Origin: Rikenellaceae bacterium
GTDB taxonomy: Bacteria; Bacteroidota; Bacteroidia; Bacteroidales; Rikenellaceae
Length of the DNA: 64,000 nucleotides
Assembly (NCBI GenBank): GCA_015059845.1
Contig: SUZR01000011.1
Span: forward strand, 2,845 to 66,844
Direction: 5' to 3'
Shown one piece after another: positions 1 through 10,730 of this stretch. Positions within the stretch are counted from its first letter, which is position 1, and every line of letters starts with the position of its first letter. The position numbers and the translations under genes are program-made. The notes beneath the pieces are model-generated. The model had not been told where the DNA came from, ran no database searches, and was given only the letters and a program-made list of their open reading frames with translations.

Positions 1-6
1 TCATAT

Positions 7-1473
7 CTATTCTGATTTTTGTTCTTCTTCTGAGGCTGGCTCTGGCGTGGGACGCTCCACGTCGCACACCTTTGTCAGACCACGCTCCGCAGCCAGACGC
101 TCCATCAGAGCGTAGGCCTCGTCGTAGTCGTTATGAATCTCGCCATCGAGGATGGCATTCTTTATCACCTCCTTAATCTCACCAATGGCGCTGCAAGGTT
201 GCAGGTCGTAGCACTTCATTATAATATCGCCCGTGATGGGTGGCTGGAAGTTACGCACGCGGTCGCGCTCCTCCAAATCCTTCATCTTACGGCGAACAAG
301 TTCAAAGTTGGCCAAATAACGCTTCACCTTAGCATCTATACCCGACGTAATATCGGCCTCGCACAGGGTCATCAACGCCTCCACATCGTCGCCCGCCTCG
401 AACAGCAGACGTCTTACAGCCGAATCGGTAACCATATCCTCCGAGAGGATAATCGGGCGCAGATGGAGGTAAACCAGCTTCTGCACAAACTTCATATGCT
501 CGTTCATCGGCAGCTTCAGGCGGCGGAAGATATCGCGCACCATACGCGAGCCGACAACCTCGTGCTGGTGGAAGGTCCAGCCTATTTTTCTGTCGTAGGC
601 CTTGGTCAGCGGCTTGGCAATATCGTGCAGCACGGCCGCCCAGCGAAGCCACAAATCATCGCTCTTGCGGGCCACGTTGTCCAGCACCTTGAGCGTGTGG
701 CGGAAATTATCCTTATGCGCGTGGTTACCCACTCGCTCCACACCGCACAGACGCTCCATCTCGGGGAAAATCAGCTCCAGCAGGCCCGTCATATGCAGCA
801 AATCGAAACCGATAGAGGGCACAGGCGAGAGAACTATCTTATTCAGCTCCACCATAATACGCTCCTTCGACACAATTTTTATACGTTCCTTGTTTCGCGC
901 AATGGCATCGAACGTCTCCTCCTCGATATCGAAGCCCAGCTGCGTGGCAAATCTTACGGCACGCATCATTCTCAGCGGGTCGTCCGAGAAGGTTATATCG
1001 GGGTCGCAGGGGGTGCGGATAATGCAATCCTCCAAGTCGAACATACCCTCAAACGGGTCAACCAGCTCGCCAAAACGCTCGCCATTCAGACACCACGCCA
1101 TAGCGTTGATTGTAAAGTCGCGGCGGCGCTGGTCATCCTCCAGCGTGCCCGGCTCAACCTGCGGCTTGCGCGAGTCGTGCGTATAGGACTCCTTACGCGC
1201 ACCGACGAACTCCACCTCCGTGCCGTGAGCGCGCACCATAGCCGTGCCGAAGGTCTTGAAGACCGACACCTTGCCCTTCACCTCGCGGCCCAAAGCCTCG
1301 GCTACCTCAATTCCGCTACCCACCACAACCACATCTATATCCGTAGAGGGACGACGCAGGTAGTAGTCGCGCACATATCCACCCACGACATACGCCTCCA
1401 CGCCGAGGCTATCGACAATGGCGGAAATCTTTCGGAAAACGGGGTTTTCGAGAGCTTTAATATTCTCTTCCAT
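7..1473 (-). CDS. cca: CCA tRNA nucleotidyltransferase / poly(A) polymerase family with HD domain
   Basis: VVGGYVRD..DIDV nucleotidyltransferase motif, DDQRRRDFTINA, DDPLRMMRAVRF, and LHDIAK HD motif. Confidence 0.9.
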   Translation of the reverse strand: MEENIKALENPVFRKISAIVDSLGVEAYVVGGYVRDYYLRRPSTDIDVVVVGSGIEVAEALGREVKGKVSVFKTFGTAMVRAHGTEVEFVGARKESYTHDSRKPQVEPGTLEDDQRRRDFTINAMAWCLNGERFGELVDPFEGMFDLEDCIIRTPCDPDITFSDDPLRMMRAVRFATQLGFDIEEETFDAIARNKERIKIVSKERIMVELNKIVLSPVPSIGFDLLHMTGLLELIFPEMERLCGVERVGNHAHKDNFRHTLKVLDNVARKSDDLWLRWAAVLHDIAKPLTKAYDRKIGWTFHQHEVVGSRMVRDIFRRLKLPMNEHMKFVQKLVYLHLRPIILSEDMVTDSAVRRLLFEAGDDVEALMTLCEADITSGIDAKVKRYLANFELVRRKMKDLEERDRVRNFQPPITGDIIMKCYDLQPCSAIGEIKEVIKNAILDGEIHNDYDEAYALMERLAAERGLTKVCDVERPTPEPASEEEQKSE

Positions 1474-1484
1474 CGGCAGTTATA

Positions 1485-2207
1485 TTACTTTGTAGAGGCC
1501 AGACAGCGCAGGTACAGCTGCACCGTATTCTCCAATCCCAAATAGAGTGCATCGGCTATCAGGGCGTGGCCAATCGACACCTCGTCGCACCACGGAATAC
1601 GCTCGGCAAAATAGGTAAGATTCTCCAGGCTGAGATCGTGGCCAGCGTTCAAACCCAAGCCCACGCGGCGTGCCGCCTCGGCCGCCTCAACGTATGGAGC
1701 GATAGCAGCCTCACGGTCGGCATTATAGCCCGCAGCAAAGGCCTCGGTGTAGAGCTCCACACGCTGCGCCTCACACTCCTTAGCCGCCTCGACCATCTCG
1801 ACAACGGGGTCAACGAAGATTGAAGTGCGGATGCCTGCATCATTAAAGCGCGAGCATATATCCTTTAGATACTGACGATTACGAATCGTATCCCAACCCG
1901 CATTCGATGTGATGGCATCCACGGCATCGGGAACGAGCGTCACCTGCGCGGGGCGCACCTCCATCACAAGGTCAATGAACGAGGGGATGGGGTTACCCTC
2001 AATGTTGAGTTCGGTTGAGATTACCGCCTTCAGGTCGCGCACATCCTGATAGCGGATATGGCGTGCATCGGGACGCGGATGAACCGTAATACCCTCCGAG
2101 CCGAAGCGCTCGATATCGAGAGCCGTACGCACCACATTGGGCACATCGCCGCCACGCGAATTGCGCAACACGGCAATCTTATTTACGTTTACACTCAGTT
2201 TTGTCAT
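1485..2207 (-). CDS. pdxJ: Pyridoxine 5'-phosphate synthase
   Basis: [43 protein letters not shown] and EVSIGHALI motifs; start moved to the ATG at 2207. Confidence 0.95.
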   Translation of the reverse strand: MTKLSVNVNKIAVLRNSRGGDVPNVVRTALDIERFGSEGITVHPRPDARHIRYQDVRDLKAVISTELNIEGNPIPSFIDLVMEVRPAQVTLVPDAVDAITSNAGWDTIRNRQYLKDICSRFNDAGIRTSIFVDPVVEMVEAAKECEAQRVELYTEAFAAGYNADREAAIAPYVEAAEAARRVGLGLNAGHDLSLENLTYFAERIPWCDEVSIGHALIADALYLGLENTVQLYLRCLASTK

Positions 2208-2337
2208 AAAATCGTTATATTTGCATAATAATTCGCCACTTACGAACGAGTCGTAGTCGGGATTTACAGCCCCAACAGAGAGGTTTTTTCGCCGATTACG
2301 TCGCCGTGGCGACGTAAAGTTACTCATTTTTTTCGAT

Positions 2338-3219
2338 ATGAGCACCAAAATTTTACTTTTTTCCCGTCCGCAGATTGCGCACACGCAAAGCGACATCGGG
2401 CAGCTGTGGCCTCTTTTTGAGCGTTACGGTTTTGATTATGCGATAAATCAGGAGTTTGCCGAGGTGGTCGAGCAGCTGTTCGACATCAAGGTTGACCCCT
2501 CGAAAATATATGGAGCTACAACGGGCGAGCAACCCGCCGGCACGGTGATGGTATGCTGTGGCGGCGACGGCACGCTGCTCGAGGGCATACACCGCCTGAG
2601 CGACAAATCGATTCCCGTGGCAGCCATCAACTTCGGCCACCTCGGATTCCTCACCTCGGCCACACGCGACGGCGTGGAGGCTCTCTTCGAGGATATAGCC
2701 AACAACCGCCTCAATCTCCACTCGCGCACGATGCTCGAAATCGAGGGCATAGCCGAACTTGGAGGCCCGATGACGGCTCTGAATGAGGTGGCGGCACAGC
2801 GTCTGGAGGCGACAATGATAAAGGTGGAGGCGAGCGTTAATTCGCAGACCGTAGCGCAGTACAATGGCGATGGTGTAATCGTTTCAACACCAACAGGTTC
2901 TACGGCCTACTCGCTCAGCGCAGGAGGCCCTATCGTGGCGCCCGAATGTGGTTGTTTCCTGCTCACGCCGCTGGCTCCGCATAACTTCGGAATGCGCCCT
3001 GTGGTGGTGCCCGACACGGCAACCATCGAGCTGACGATTCATACGCGTCACGGGCAGGCAATGCTCTCGGTGGATAACCGCACGTACCGCATCGGCGATG
3101 GCGAGAAGATTACAATTCGCCGCGCAAAGGAGCAGATTTTATTGGCCACACCGCACAATATATCATTTTACGAAACGTTACATTGTAAAATGATGTGGGA
3201 CGTGGACATCCGCAACTAA
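2338..3219 (+). CDS. nadK: NAD kinase
   Basis: GGDGT, GHLGFL, LNE and [22 protein letters not shown] motifs. Confidence 0.95.
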   Translation: MSTKILLFSRPQIAHTQSDIGQLWPLFERYGFDYAINQEFAEVVEQLFDIKVDPSKIYGATTGEQPAGTVMVCCGGDGTLLEGIHRLSDKSIPVAAINFGHLGFLTSATRDGVEALFEDIANNRLNLHSRTMLEIEGIAELGGPMTALNEVAAQRLEATMIKVEASVNSQTVAQYNGDGVIVSTPTGSTAYSLSAGGPIVAPECGCFLLTPLAPHNFGMRPVVVPDTATIELTIHTRHGQAMLSVDNRTYRIGDGEKITIRRAKEQILLATPHNISFYETLHCKMMWDVDIRN

Positions 3220-3315
3220 CCCGCTGTACCCCCAAAAATTGAGTTAAAATAGTGCCGTAGAGGCCAAAATATAGATAAAAACACGAAATTTCTTTAATTT
3301 CCGAGTAAATTTATC

Positions 3316-3323
3316 TACATTTG
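3316..3323 (+). promoter_or_regulatory. Bacteroidota housekeeping-sigma -7 box upstream of uppS
   Basis: TACATTTG matches TAnnTTTG, 8 nt before the uppS ATG. Confidence 0.6.
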
Positions 3324-3331
3324 CAAGTTAT

Positions 3332-4045
3332 ATGGACCGACATAACGTTATACCACAACATATCGCCATCATTATGGACGGCAACGGACGATGGGCCAAG
3401 CAGCGAGGAAAAGATCGCAGCGAGGGTCATTTTGCCGGTATGATGGCACTCAAGCAGACCGTTATGGCCGCCGCACAGAAGGGTGTGAAGTGGCTCACCG
3501 TCTATGCATTCTCAACCGAGAACTGGGGTCGCCCTCAGGCCGAGGTGGATGCGTTGATGGAGTTAGTTTGCAAAGGCGTTGAAATGAATACTCCAGACTT
3601 GGCAGCTCAGGGAGTAAGAGTGCAAGTTATCGGAGACCGTTCGCGATTCTCGGATATAGTAAATGCATCACTCAACAGAATAGAGTCGCAAACTGCTATG
3701 GGAGAGATAATGACGCTCGTATTGGCTCTCAACTACTCATCTCGCAGTGAGCTGACGATGGCCGTACAGCAGATTGCACGCCGCGTGGCTGCGGGAGAGT
3801 TGCAGGCCGATGCCATCAGCGAGCAGACTATCAGCCAGTCGCTCTACACGGCCGCAATGCCCGACCCCGACCTTATCATCCGCACCAGCGGCGAGTACCG
3901 TTTGAGTAACTTTTTGATGTGGCAGGCGTCGTATGCAGAGTTCTATTTCACCGACACACTCTGGCCCGACTTCGGCGAGGAGGAGCTCGGTAAGGCTATC
4001 GAGGCATACAACACAAGAGATAGACGTTACGGATTAGTAAAGTAA
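3332..4045 (+). CDS. uppS: Undecaprenyl diphosphate synthase (isoprenyl transferase)
   Basis: HIAIIMDGNGRWA, YAFSTENWGRP and DLIIRTSGEYRLSNFLMWQ motifs. Confidence 0.97.
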   Translation: MDRHNVIPQHIAIIMDGNGRWAKQRGKDRSEGHFAGMMALKQTVMAAAQKGVKWLTVYAFSTENWGRPQAEVDALMELVCKGVEMNTPDLAAQGVRVQVIGDRSRFSDIVNASLNRIESQTAMGEIMTLVLALNYSSRSELTMAVQQIARRVAAGELQADAISEQTISQSLYTAAMPDPDLIIRTSGEYRLSNFLMWQASYAEFYFTDTLWPDFGEEELGKAIEAYNTRDRRYGLVK

Positions 4046-4065
4046 AAGATATTTGTTGATATACA

Positions 4066-6747
4066 ATGAGATACGCAAGTAAGACAATATTTGTCATCGT
4101 GGCAGCGCTGCTTATGGGAATCGCGCCCGCGGCAGCCCAGAAGGTAAAGAAGGAGCGCAAAGCCAAGACCGAACAGACTCAGCAGGCTAATAAGGAGGCT
4201 GAGCAGAAGCAGGAGGAGAAGGCCGAGCAGAAGGAGCAGGAAGCCGAGCAAGGGGCCGAGCAGAAGGAGCAGAGTGCTACCAAGGAGAAGAAGGATAGTG
4301 TTGTGTTAGCACCCTTTGACGAGAATGCACCTATGATGAAATCGGACGCTACGCCCAAACTATATCACATCCGTAATGTGAATATTCGCGGCGTTGAGCA
4401 TATGAACGAGAACCTGATTCGTTCTACATCGGGTTTGATTCCTGGCGATACTATCTATCTGCCAAGTACTTACATCTCAAACTCTATCACCCGCCTGTGG
4501 GGTCAGCGTTACTTCTCTGACGTGAAGGTAGGTGCTACCATCGAGGGCGATAGCGTGGATATCGAGCTCTTTGTCAAGGAGCGCCCGCGTGTTTATAACT
4601 GGGACTTCGTCGGCGAGGGTGTAGGTCGCGGTAAGCAGAAGGATTTGGCTGAGAAGCTGAAGCTGCGTCGTGGTACGGAGCTTTCGGATTACGTCATCGA
4701 CCGTAACGAGCGCCTTATCAAGAAGGAGTTCGTTGAGAAGGGCTTCCGCAACGTGGAGGTAAAGACCGAGATTGAGAACGACCCCCAGATGGAGAATGCC
4801 GTAAACGTAACCTTCCACATCGACCGCAAGGAGCGCGTGCGCGTGGGTGAGATTACATTTGCCGGCAACGAGCAGTTCAAGGCAAAGCGTCTGCGTCGTG
4901 CCTTCAAGAAGACACACCAGAAGTCTATCAATATCTTCCAGAACACCAAACTCAAGATGGAGGATTACGAGGAGGACAAGAACCTGCTTGTTGAGTTCTA
5001 CAACTCGCGCGGTTACCGTAATGCGACCATCGTGTCGGACTCAATCTACGATATCAACGAGAAGCGTATCGGTATCCACCTCAACGTTACCGAGGGTGAC
5101 AAGTTTTACATCCGCGACGTGAAGTGGGTAGGTAACTCAGTTTATGAGACCGATATGTTGAACAATATGTTCGGCGTGAAGAAGGGCGACACTTACGACA
5201 AGAAGTCTATGCACAAGCGCCTGGGTATCGGCCGCGAGACCAACCCCGAGGAGATGTCAGTATCGAGTCTCTACCAGAATAACGGTTACCTGATGTCGCA
5301 GATTGAGCCTACGGAGATTGTCGTGGCGAAGGATACTATCGATATGGAGATTAAGGTCTTCGAGGGTAAGCCCTTTACAGTAAACGAGGTAGGCATCACA
5401 GGTAACAACCGCGTGAACGACGAGGTTATCCGCCGCGAGCTTACCGTATATCCCGGCTCGCTCTACAACCGTCAGATGTTGATGTACTCGCTGCGTCAGC
5501 TTACAGGTATGGGACACTTCGACCCCGAGAACCTGCAGCCCGATATTCAGCCCGTGAGTGACGAGTTGGTAAACATCAACTTCCCGCTCGCCGAGCAGGC
5601 CAGCGACCAGTTTAACATCGCTGGTGGTTGGGGTTCTGGTTCATTCGTAGGTTCGGTGGGTATCACCCTCAATAACCTCTCTACACGTAACCTCTTCAAG
5701 AAGGGTACGTGGACACCCTACCCCGGAGGTCAGAACCAGAAGTTCTCAATATCAGGACAGACAAACGGTACATACTATAAGGCGTTGGCCGTAAGCTTCA
5801 CCGACCCCTGGGTTGGTGGCCGCAAGCCCAACTCATTCACATTCTCGGCACACTGGTCAGAGCAGAACAACGCATACTACATCTGGCAGGATGCTACAAT
5901 GCACTTCCGTACGCTCGGTATTGCAGCCGGTTTGGGTAAGCGTCTGTCGTGGCCCGACCCCAACTTTACGCTCTACATCGAGGCGCAGTATCGCCGCTAT
6001 GCGTTGAAGAACTGGGATTACTTCATTATGTCGAACGGCTCGGCTAACGATATCTCGTTGAAGGTGTCGTTCGGTCGCTCGACCATCGACCAGCCCATCT
6101 ACCCCCGTAGTGGTTCGGAGTTCTCGGCTACATTGTCGCTCACTCCCCCCTACTCGGCTTGGGATGGCATAGATTACAGCGACGAGACACTCTCGGAGCA
6201 GACACGTTACAAGTGGATTGAGTACCACCGCTGGCAGTTCAAGGGACGCTGGTTCCAGGCGTTGACACGCAACGACAAGCTCGTGCTTATGGCTGCTGCC
6301 GAGATGGGATTCTTGGGCCACTATAATAAGAATAAGGTATCGCCCTTCGAGCGTTTCGAGGTTGGTGGTGACGGTATGAGCGGATATACAATCTACGGTG
6401 TGGACATCATCGGTCTGCGCGGTTATGAGGATGGTGCGCTCGACCCCGTAAACGGAAATTACTCTGTGGCATACAATAAATACACTATGGAGTTACGTTA
6501 TCCTATTATCTTGAAGCCCTCATCGCAGGTATTCGCCTTGGCATTCCTCGAGGGAGGTAGCGGTTTCAACTCGTGGAGAGAGTTCTCGCCCTTCAAGATT
6601 AAGCGTTCGGCAGGTGTCGGCGTACGTCTTTACTTGCCTATCGTAGGTTTGCTCGGTATCGACTGGGGTTACGGATTCGATGCTCCGATGAACGACTCGA
6701 AGCCCAGCGGCAGCCAGTTCCACTTTACAATGGGTAAATCGTTCTAA
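4066..6747 (+). CDS. bamA: Outer membrane protein assembly factor BamA
   Basis: Signal peptide, POTRA-like repeats, RGYEDG motif, C-terminal FHFTMGKSF, and uppS-bamA-skp synteny. Confidence 0.95.
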   Translation: MRYASKTIFVIVAALLMGIAPAAAQKVKKERKAKTEQTQQANKEAEQKQEEKAEQKEQEAEQGAEQKEQSATKEKKDSVVLAPFDENAPMMKSDATPKLYHIRNVNIRGVEHMNENLIRSTSGLIPGDTIYLPSTYISNSITRLWGQRYFSDVKVGATIEGDSVDIELFVKERPRVYNWDFVGEGVGRGKQKDLAEKLKLRRGTELSDYVIDRNERLIKKEFVEKGFRNVEVKTEIENDPQMENAVNVTFHIDRKERVRVGEITFAGNEQFKAKRLRRAFKKTHQKSINIFQNTKLKMEDYEEDKNLLVEFYNSRGYRNATIVSDSIYDINEKRIGIHLNVTEGDKFYIRDVKWVGNSVYETDMLNNMFGVKKGDTYDKKSMHKRLGIGRETNPEEMSVSSLYQNNGYLMSQIEPTEIVVAKDTIDMEIKVFEGKPFTVNEVGITGNNRVNDEVIRRELTVYPGSLYNRQMLMYSLRQLTGMGHFDPENLQPDIQPVSDELVNINFPLAEQASDQFNIAGGWGSGSFVGSVGITLNNLSTRNLFKKGTWTPYPGGQNQKFSISGQTNGTYYKALAVSFTDPWVGGRKPNSFTFSAHWSEQNNAYYIWQDATMHFRTLGIAAGLGKRLSWPDPNFTLYIEAQYRRYALKNWDYFIMSNGSANDISLKVSFGRSTIDQPIYPRSGSEFSATLSLTPPYSAWDGIDYSDETLSEQTRYKWIEYHRWQFKGRWFQALTRNDKLVLMAAAEMGFLGHYNKNKVSPFERFEVGGDGMSGYTIYGVDIIGLRGYEDGALDPVNGNYSVAYNKYTMELRYPIILKPSSQVFALAFLEGGSGFNSWREFSPFKIKRSAGVGVRLYLPIVGLLGIDWGYGFDAPMNDSKPSGSQFHFTMGKSF

Positions 6748-6827
6748 TGCGAACGAGGAGCACGATAGTGGCAGAGATTTTGAACTTATAAACTTATTAG
6801 ATAAGTATAACCTTAAAACCGAAGAGT

Positions 6828-7334
6828 ATGAAACGATTGATTTTAACATTGGCACTTGTGTTGGGCATTGCGACAATGGCCTCGGCACAGAATTATGCTG
6901 TGGTTAACAGCGAGAAGATTTTTAAGTCGATCGACCAATACAATCAGGCCATCACTCAGCTCGACCAGATGGCCAACGACTACCAGACAAAGGTAGATGC
7001 CAAATTCGAGGAGGTAGAGAAGATTTACAACGCCTATATGCAGCGCCGCTCACAGCTCTCGGCCGCATCGCAGCAGGCCAACGAGGAGAACATCCTGAAG
7101 TTGGAGCAGGAGGCACAGAAGTATCAGGAGTCAATCTTCGGCACGGATGGCGAGCTGATGAAGAAGCGTCTGGAGCTTATCCAGCCTATACAGAAACGCG
7201 TATTCGAGGCCATCGAGACATACGCCAAGCAGAAGGGATATGATATGATTATCGACATCTCGCAGAACGCAACAATGCTCTACTACTCGGAGCGTGCCGA
7301 CCACACAGACGAGATTATCGCACTTTTGAAATAA
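6828..7334 (+). CDS. skp: OmpH/Skp periplasmic chaperone (copy 1)
   Basis: Signal peptide, YAVVNSEKIF, coiled coil, GYDMIID; directly after bamA. Confidence 0.9.
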   Translation: MKRLILTLALVLGIATMASAQNYAVVNSEKIFKSIDQYNQAITQLDQMANDYQTKVDAKFEEVEKIYNAYMQRRSQLSAASQQANEENILKLEQEAQKYQESIFGTDGELMKKRLELIQPIQKRVFEAIETYAKQKGYDMIIDISQNATMLYYSERADHTDEIIALLK

Positions 7335-7370
7335 CACAGAAAACACAATAAATTACACACATAAAAAATT

Positions 7371-7877
7371 ATGAAAAAAGTATTGAAACTAACCCTCGCG
7401 GTTGTTTGCGTGATGTTCTCTACATCACTCTTCGCTCAGAAGATCGGCCGCATCAATTCACAGGATGTTGTTGTTAATATGACCGAGTTCAAGGAGGCAC
7501 AGACTCAGATTGAGGCTTTGGCTAAGGACTTGCAGGCTCAGGCTGAGACTATTCAGGTAGAGATGAACAACAAGTTGCAGGAGTATCAGAAGGGCGCAGA
7601 GACTATGACCGACGCTGTACGTCAGCTCAAGGAGAAGGAGCTCAACGACTTGAACACTCGCTTGCAGGAGTTCAACCAGGTAGCACAGCAGGAGTTGCAG
7701 AAGAAGGAGCAGGAGTTGATGGAGCCCATCATCAAGAAGGCTAACGAGGCTATCAGCGAGGTTGCTAAGGCTGGCGGCTACACCGTAATTATGGAGTCAG
7801 GCTCGATGGTTTACTTCGACGAGGCTAACGTTAAGGATATCAGCCCCGAGGTGAAGGCTAAGCTCGGCATTAAATAA
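7371..7877 (+). CDS. skp: OmpH/Skp periplasmic chaperone (copy 2)
   Basis: QKIGRINSQ, coiled coil, GYTVIMES..DISPEVKAKLG. Confidence 0.9.
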   Translation: MKKVLKLTLAVVCVMFSTSLFAQKIGRINSQDVVVNMTEFKEAQTQIEALAKDLQAQAETIQVEMNNKLQEYQKGAETMTDAVRQLKEKELNDLNTRLQEFNQVAQQELQKKEQELMEPIIKKANEAISEVAKAGGYTVIMESGSMVYFDEANVKDISPEVKAKLGIK

Positions 7878-7903
7878 TTAGAGTATTTTTCAACAAATAG
7901 GAG

Positions 7904-7933
7904 GGTGCTAACTTTCGGGTTAGCACCTTTTTT
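7904..7933 (+). terminator. Intrinsic terminator after the skp pair
   Basis: GGTGCTAAC/GTTAGCACC stem followed by a T run. Confidence 0.85.
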
Positions 7934-7998
7934 CTTGTTTAGGGGTAAAAGTTACAAAAAATTCGTATCTTCGCATAAACAACAAAAACTCTAACACA

Positions 7999-9138
7999 AT
8001 GAAACGTCTATACACCTTGGCCCTCACGCTGGCCGCCATAGCATTTTCAACCATCGCCATAGCACAAAACCCCGCCACGCTGCCGCGCAAGATTGAGTCA
8101 GGCCCCTACAAGGCTGGACATATTCAGGGCATAGCGGTGGATGCCGAGCAGAAATATATCTACTACTCATACACCACAATGCTTATCAAGACCGATATGC
8201 AGGGCAACATCGTAGGCACGGTTACGGGTCTGCTGGGACACCTGGGTGATTTGGGATTCAACAACGAGGATGGCCGCCTGTATGGCTCGCTGGAGTATAA
8301 GAACGACGCTATCGGTCAGGGTATCCTTCGTATGGAGAAGAGCTCGCGCAAGTTGCAGAATGCCTTCTACATTGCTATCTTCGATGTGGATAAGATTACG
8401 CGCGAGGGTATGGATGCCGAGAAGGATGGCATTATGACAACGGTATATCTCCCCACCGTGCTGGATGATTACCTTGCCGAGGTACAAACAGCCGAGGGCA
8501 AGAAGGAGCATCGTCTGGGTTGCAGCGGTATTGATGGCGTGACATTCGGTCCGAAGTTTGGCAAGAGGGGCGGCAAGCAGTATCTGACGGTTGGCTATGG
8601 CGTCTATGGCGACACCGAGCGCTCGGATAACGACTATCAGGTGCTGTTGCAGTACGACGTGCGCAAGTGGCAGAAGTATGAGCGTGCGCTCTCGCAGGAT
8701 GATATGCACCAGCAGGGCCCCGCTAAGCCCGCAGGGCAGTACTTCGTTAAGACGGGTAACACGACATACGGCGTGCAGAATCTCGACTACGATGCAGCCT
8801 CACACTCGTGGATGATGGCCGTATATAAGGGCAATAAGAAGAGTTTCCCCAACTACACCTTCTTTGCGGCAGATGGCGCAGCACGCCCCGTAACGAAGGC
8901 TCTGGATGGCGTTCCCTACATCAAGAAGGCGAAGGTCGTTGCGCTGAAGGCCGCAGGCAAGCAGCAGGGCGAGATTCGCGGCTGGGATTGGGGCGTAGGC
9001 TCTACGGGTATGTGCTCGCTGGGTGAGGGTTACTTCTACCTCTCACACAACTATAAGATTGAGGCTGGTCAGGGCAGTATTATCCGCCTCTACCGCTTTA
9101 CGGGTAACGAGAAGCAGGCATTTGAGAGTGTAGAATAA
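7999..9138 (+). CDS. Secreted hypothetical protein, possibly a beta-propeller
   Basis: Signal peptide ending IAIA-Q; repeated short beta-strand motifs (HIQGIAVD, IDGVTFG, VQNLDYD); function not recognised. Confidence 0.6.
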   Translation: MKRLYTLALTLAAIAFSTIAIAQNPATLPRKIESGPYKAGHIQGIAVDAEQKYIYYSYTTMLIKTDMQGNIVGTVTGLLGHLGDLGFNNEDGRLYGSLEYKNDAIGQGILRMEKSSRKLQNAFYIAIFDVDKITREGMDAEKDGIMTTVYLPTVLDDYLAEVQTAEGKKEHRLGCSGIDGVTFGPKFGKRGGKQYLTVGYGVYGDTERSDNDYQVLLQYDVRKWQKYERALSQDDMHQQGPAKPAGQYFVKTGNTTYGVQNLDYDAASHSWMMAVYKGNKKSFPNYTFFAADGAARPVTKALDGVPYIKKAKVVALKAAGKQQGEIRGWDWGVGSTGMCSLGEGYFYLSHNYKIEAGQGSIIRLYRFTGNEKQAFESVE

Positions 9139-9140
9139 GA

Positions 9141-9743
9141 ATGAATAAGGAAGCAGCAATATCCGAGATAGATTGGTATCGTGACCTCGTAGCGCGCAAG
9201 TTGCGCCTTTGGGGTGGTGATTTGCGTGCCGATTTCAAGGAGTTGCTGCTCGCCAATATAGACGAGGTGGCCGAGCGGAAGGAGTCGCTCGTCTTCAAGG
9301 AGTATAAGGATGGTTACTACATCGGTCAGGTGGATGAGGAGGGGCTGCGCCACGGCTACGGAATCTTCACCCGCACCAGCGACAAGCGTGACCGTTGGAT
9401 GATGCAGGCGGGCGAGTGGGTCGAGGAGCGTGCCGTAGGAATCCACACGCTCTACGATGCCGACTGCCCCGAGAAACACCACTATCTGGCTGCCATACAC
9501 TTCAAGGGCAATCGCCGCCGCGAGCGCGGACTGGTGGGCATACGGATGTCGGAACACGGTCTTGACACCCGCCCCAGAAAATATCGCCGCTGGGAGGGAT
9601 TCTCGTGGTCAACGCTCATCGTGGGAGCTATTTTTATCTATATTTTCACGTTGGTTTTTATCCGAAATGCGAAGATATGCCTTGCCGTAGTGGCTGTCGT
9701 TGCGGCACTCTATCTTTTGGGGTGCATCAGGGGAAGAGATTAA
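9141..9743 (+). CDS. Hypothetical membrane protein with a MORN-like motif and two C-terminal TM segments
   Basis: YIGQVDEEGLRHGYG resembles a MORN repeat; hydrophobic C-terminus; starts 2 nt after the previous gene. Confidence 0.55.
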   Translation: MNKEAAISEIDWYRDLVARKLRLWGGDLRADFKELLLANIDEVAERKESLVFKEYKDGYYIGQVDEEGLRHGYGIFTRTSDKRDRWMMQAGEWVEERAVGIHTLYDADCPEKHHYLAAIHFKGNRRRERGLVGIRMSEHGLDTRPRKYRRWEGFSWSTLIVGAIFIYIFTLVFIRNAKICLAVVAVVAALYLLGCIRGRD

Positions 9744-9744
9744 A

Positions 9745-10674
9745 TCACAAGCCTTTGTGGGCTATAACCCACGCCAAAGTATTATATATCCACAGCACCG
9801 TGCCGCGCATAAATCGTGGCAGGGCATTCAGCACACGCACCTTGCGTGCGATGCGGTGCGACATTGTGTTATAGGAGAAAAACTCCAACGCCCGACGTGC
9901 CACATCGGTGCCGCCACGCGAGCTGTCGATAAGGGCCTTGCCCAAAGCTACGCGGGCGATATATTCATTGCTTAAATCCTTACGCTCAGGCTCATACAGC
10001 TGCTCGAACGAAAACGAAGTCTGCTCGGGACGATATATCGCTGCCGAGCGATTTGTTGCTGCACGCGAGTAGATAACCAGCGGCTGCGGCAGAAAAGCGA
10101 CATCGGCTACGCGGGCTATCTTGGTCCAGAGAAATTGATCCTCGCCCATACGCATACCCTCGGGAAAGCCGCCAAGCTGCAGAGCCAAATCGCGTCTGAG
10201 AGTTGTAGCCGAGGGGATAAGCACATAGCGCGTCATCGACTCGGCAAAGAAATCAACCACGCCCTCCTGCTGGCAATAGTTGGCCTTCACCTGACGCTCG
10301 CCATCGTCAATGACAAAGCCCGTTCCGTAGGCACCGCACCCGGGCCAGCGTTCAATCATCGCCGCAACGCTCCGAAGGTAATCCGTGCCCCACATATCAT
10401 CGCCATCCAGCAACGCCACCCACTCACCCGTAGCCTCACGCATAGCGCGGTTACGTGCGGCGCTGACACCCTGATTCTGCTGGCGGATAAGGCGCACGAT
10501 GGGCGTAGCAAGGCGCTCGACAATCTCGGCACTGCCATCCGTAGAACCATCGTCCACGACGATTATCTCGCGCGGCTGCACGCTCTGCATCAAAACCGAG
10601 CAGAGCGTAAGCTCTATTTCCGAGGCCTTATTATAGAGCGGAATTACGACTGATATGTTGCTTACAGATTCCAT
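9745..10674 (-). CDS. Glycosyltransferase family 2
   Basis: ISVVIPLYNK, VVDDGSTDGS, GVSAARN and LLDGDD motifs; ATG at 10674. Confidence 0.92.
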   Translation of the reverse strand: MESVSNISVVIPLYNKASEIELTLCSVLMQSVQPREIIVVDDGSTDGSAEIVERLATPIVRLIRQQNQGVSAARNRAMREATGEWVALLDGDDMWGTDYLRSVAAMIERWPGCGAYGTGFVIDDGERQVKANYCQQEGVVDFFAESMTRYVLIPSATTLRRDLALQLGGFPEGMRMGEDQFLWTKIARVADVAFLPQPLVIYSRAATNRSAAIYRPEQTSFSFEQLYEPERKDLSNEYIARVALGKALIDSSRGGTDVARRALEFFSYNTMSHRIARKVRVLNALPRFMRGTVLWIYNTLAWVIAHKGL

Positions 10675-10730
10675 ATATTGCAAATGTAACTATATTTACG
10701 TAATTTTGCAATAGAGCAAAACGGTATGCT

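Noticed and set aside
133-1545. Long opposite-strand ORFs (also 26284-27138, 47891-49189, 49249-50241, 60526-61404 and others)
   Set aside because: They are antisense shadows of well-supported genes, produced by codon bias, with no recognisable motifs.
6828-7877. Duplicated skp genes
   Set aside because: Tandem ompH paralogs after bamA are standard in Bacteroidota.
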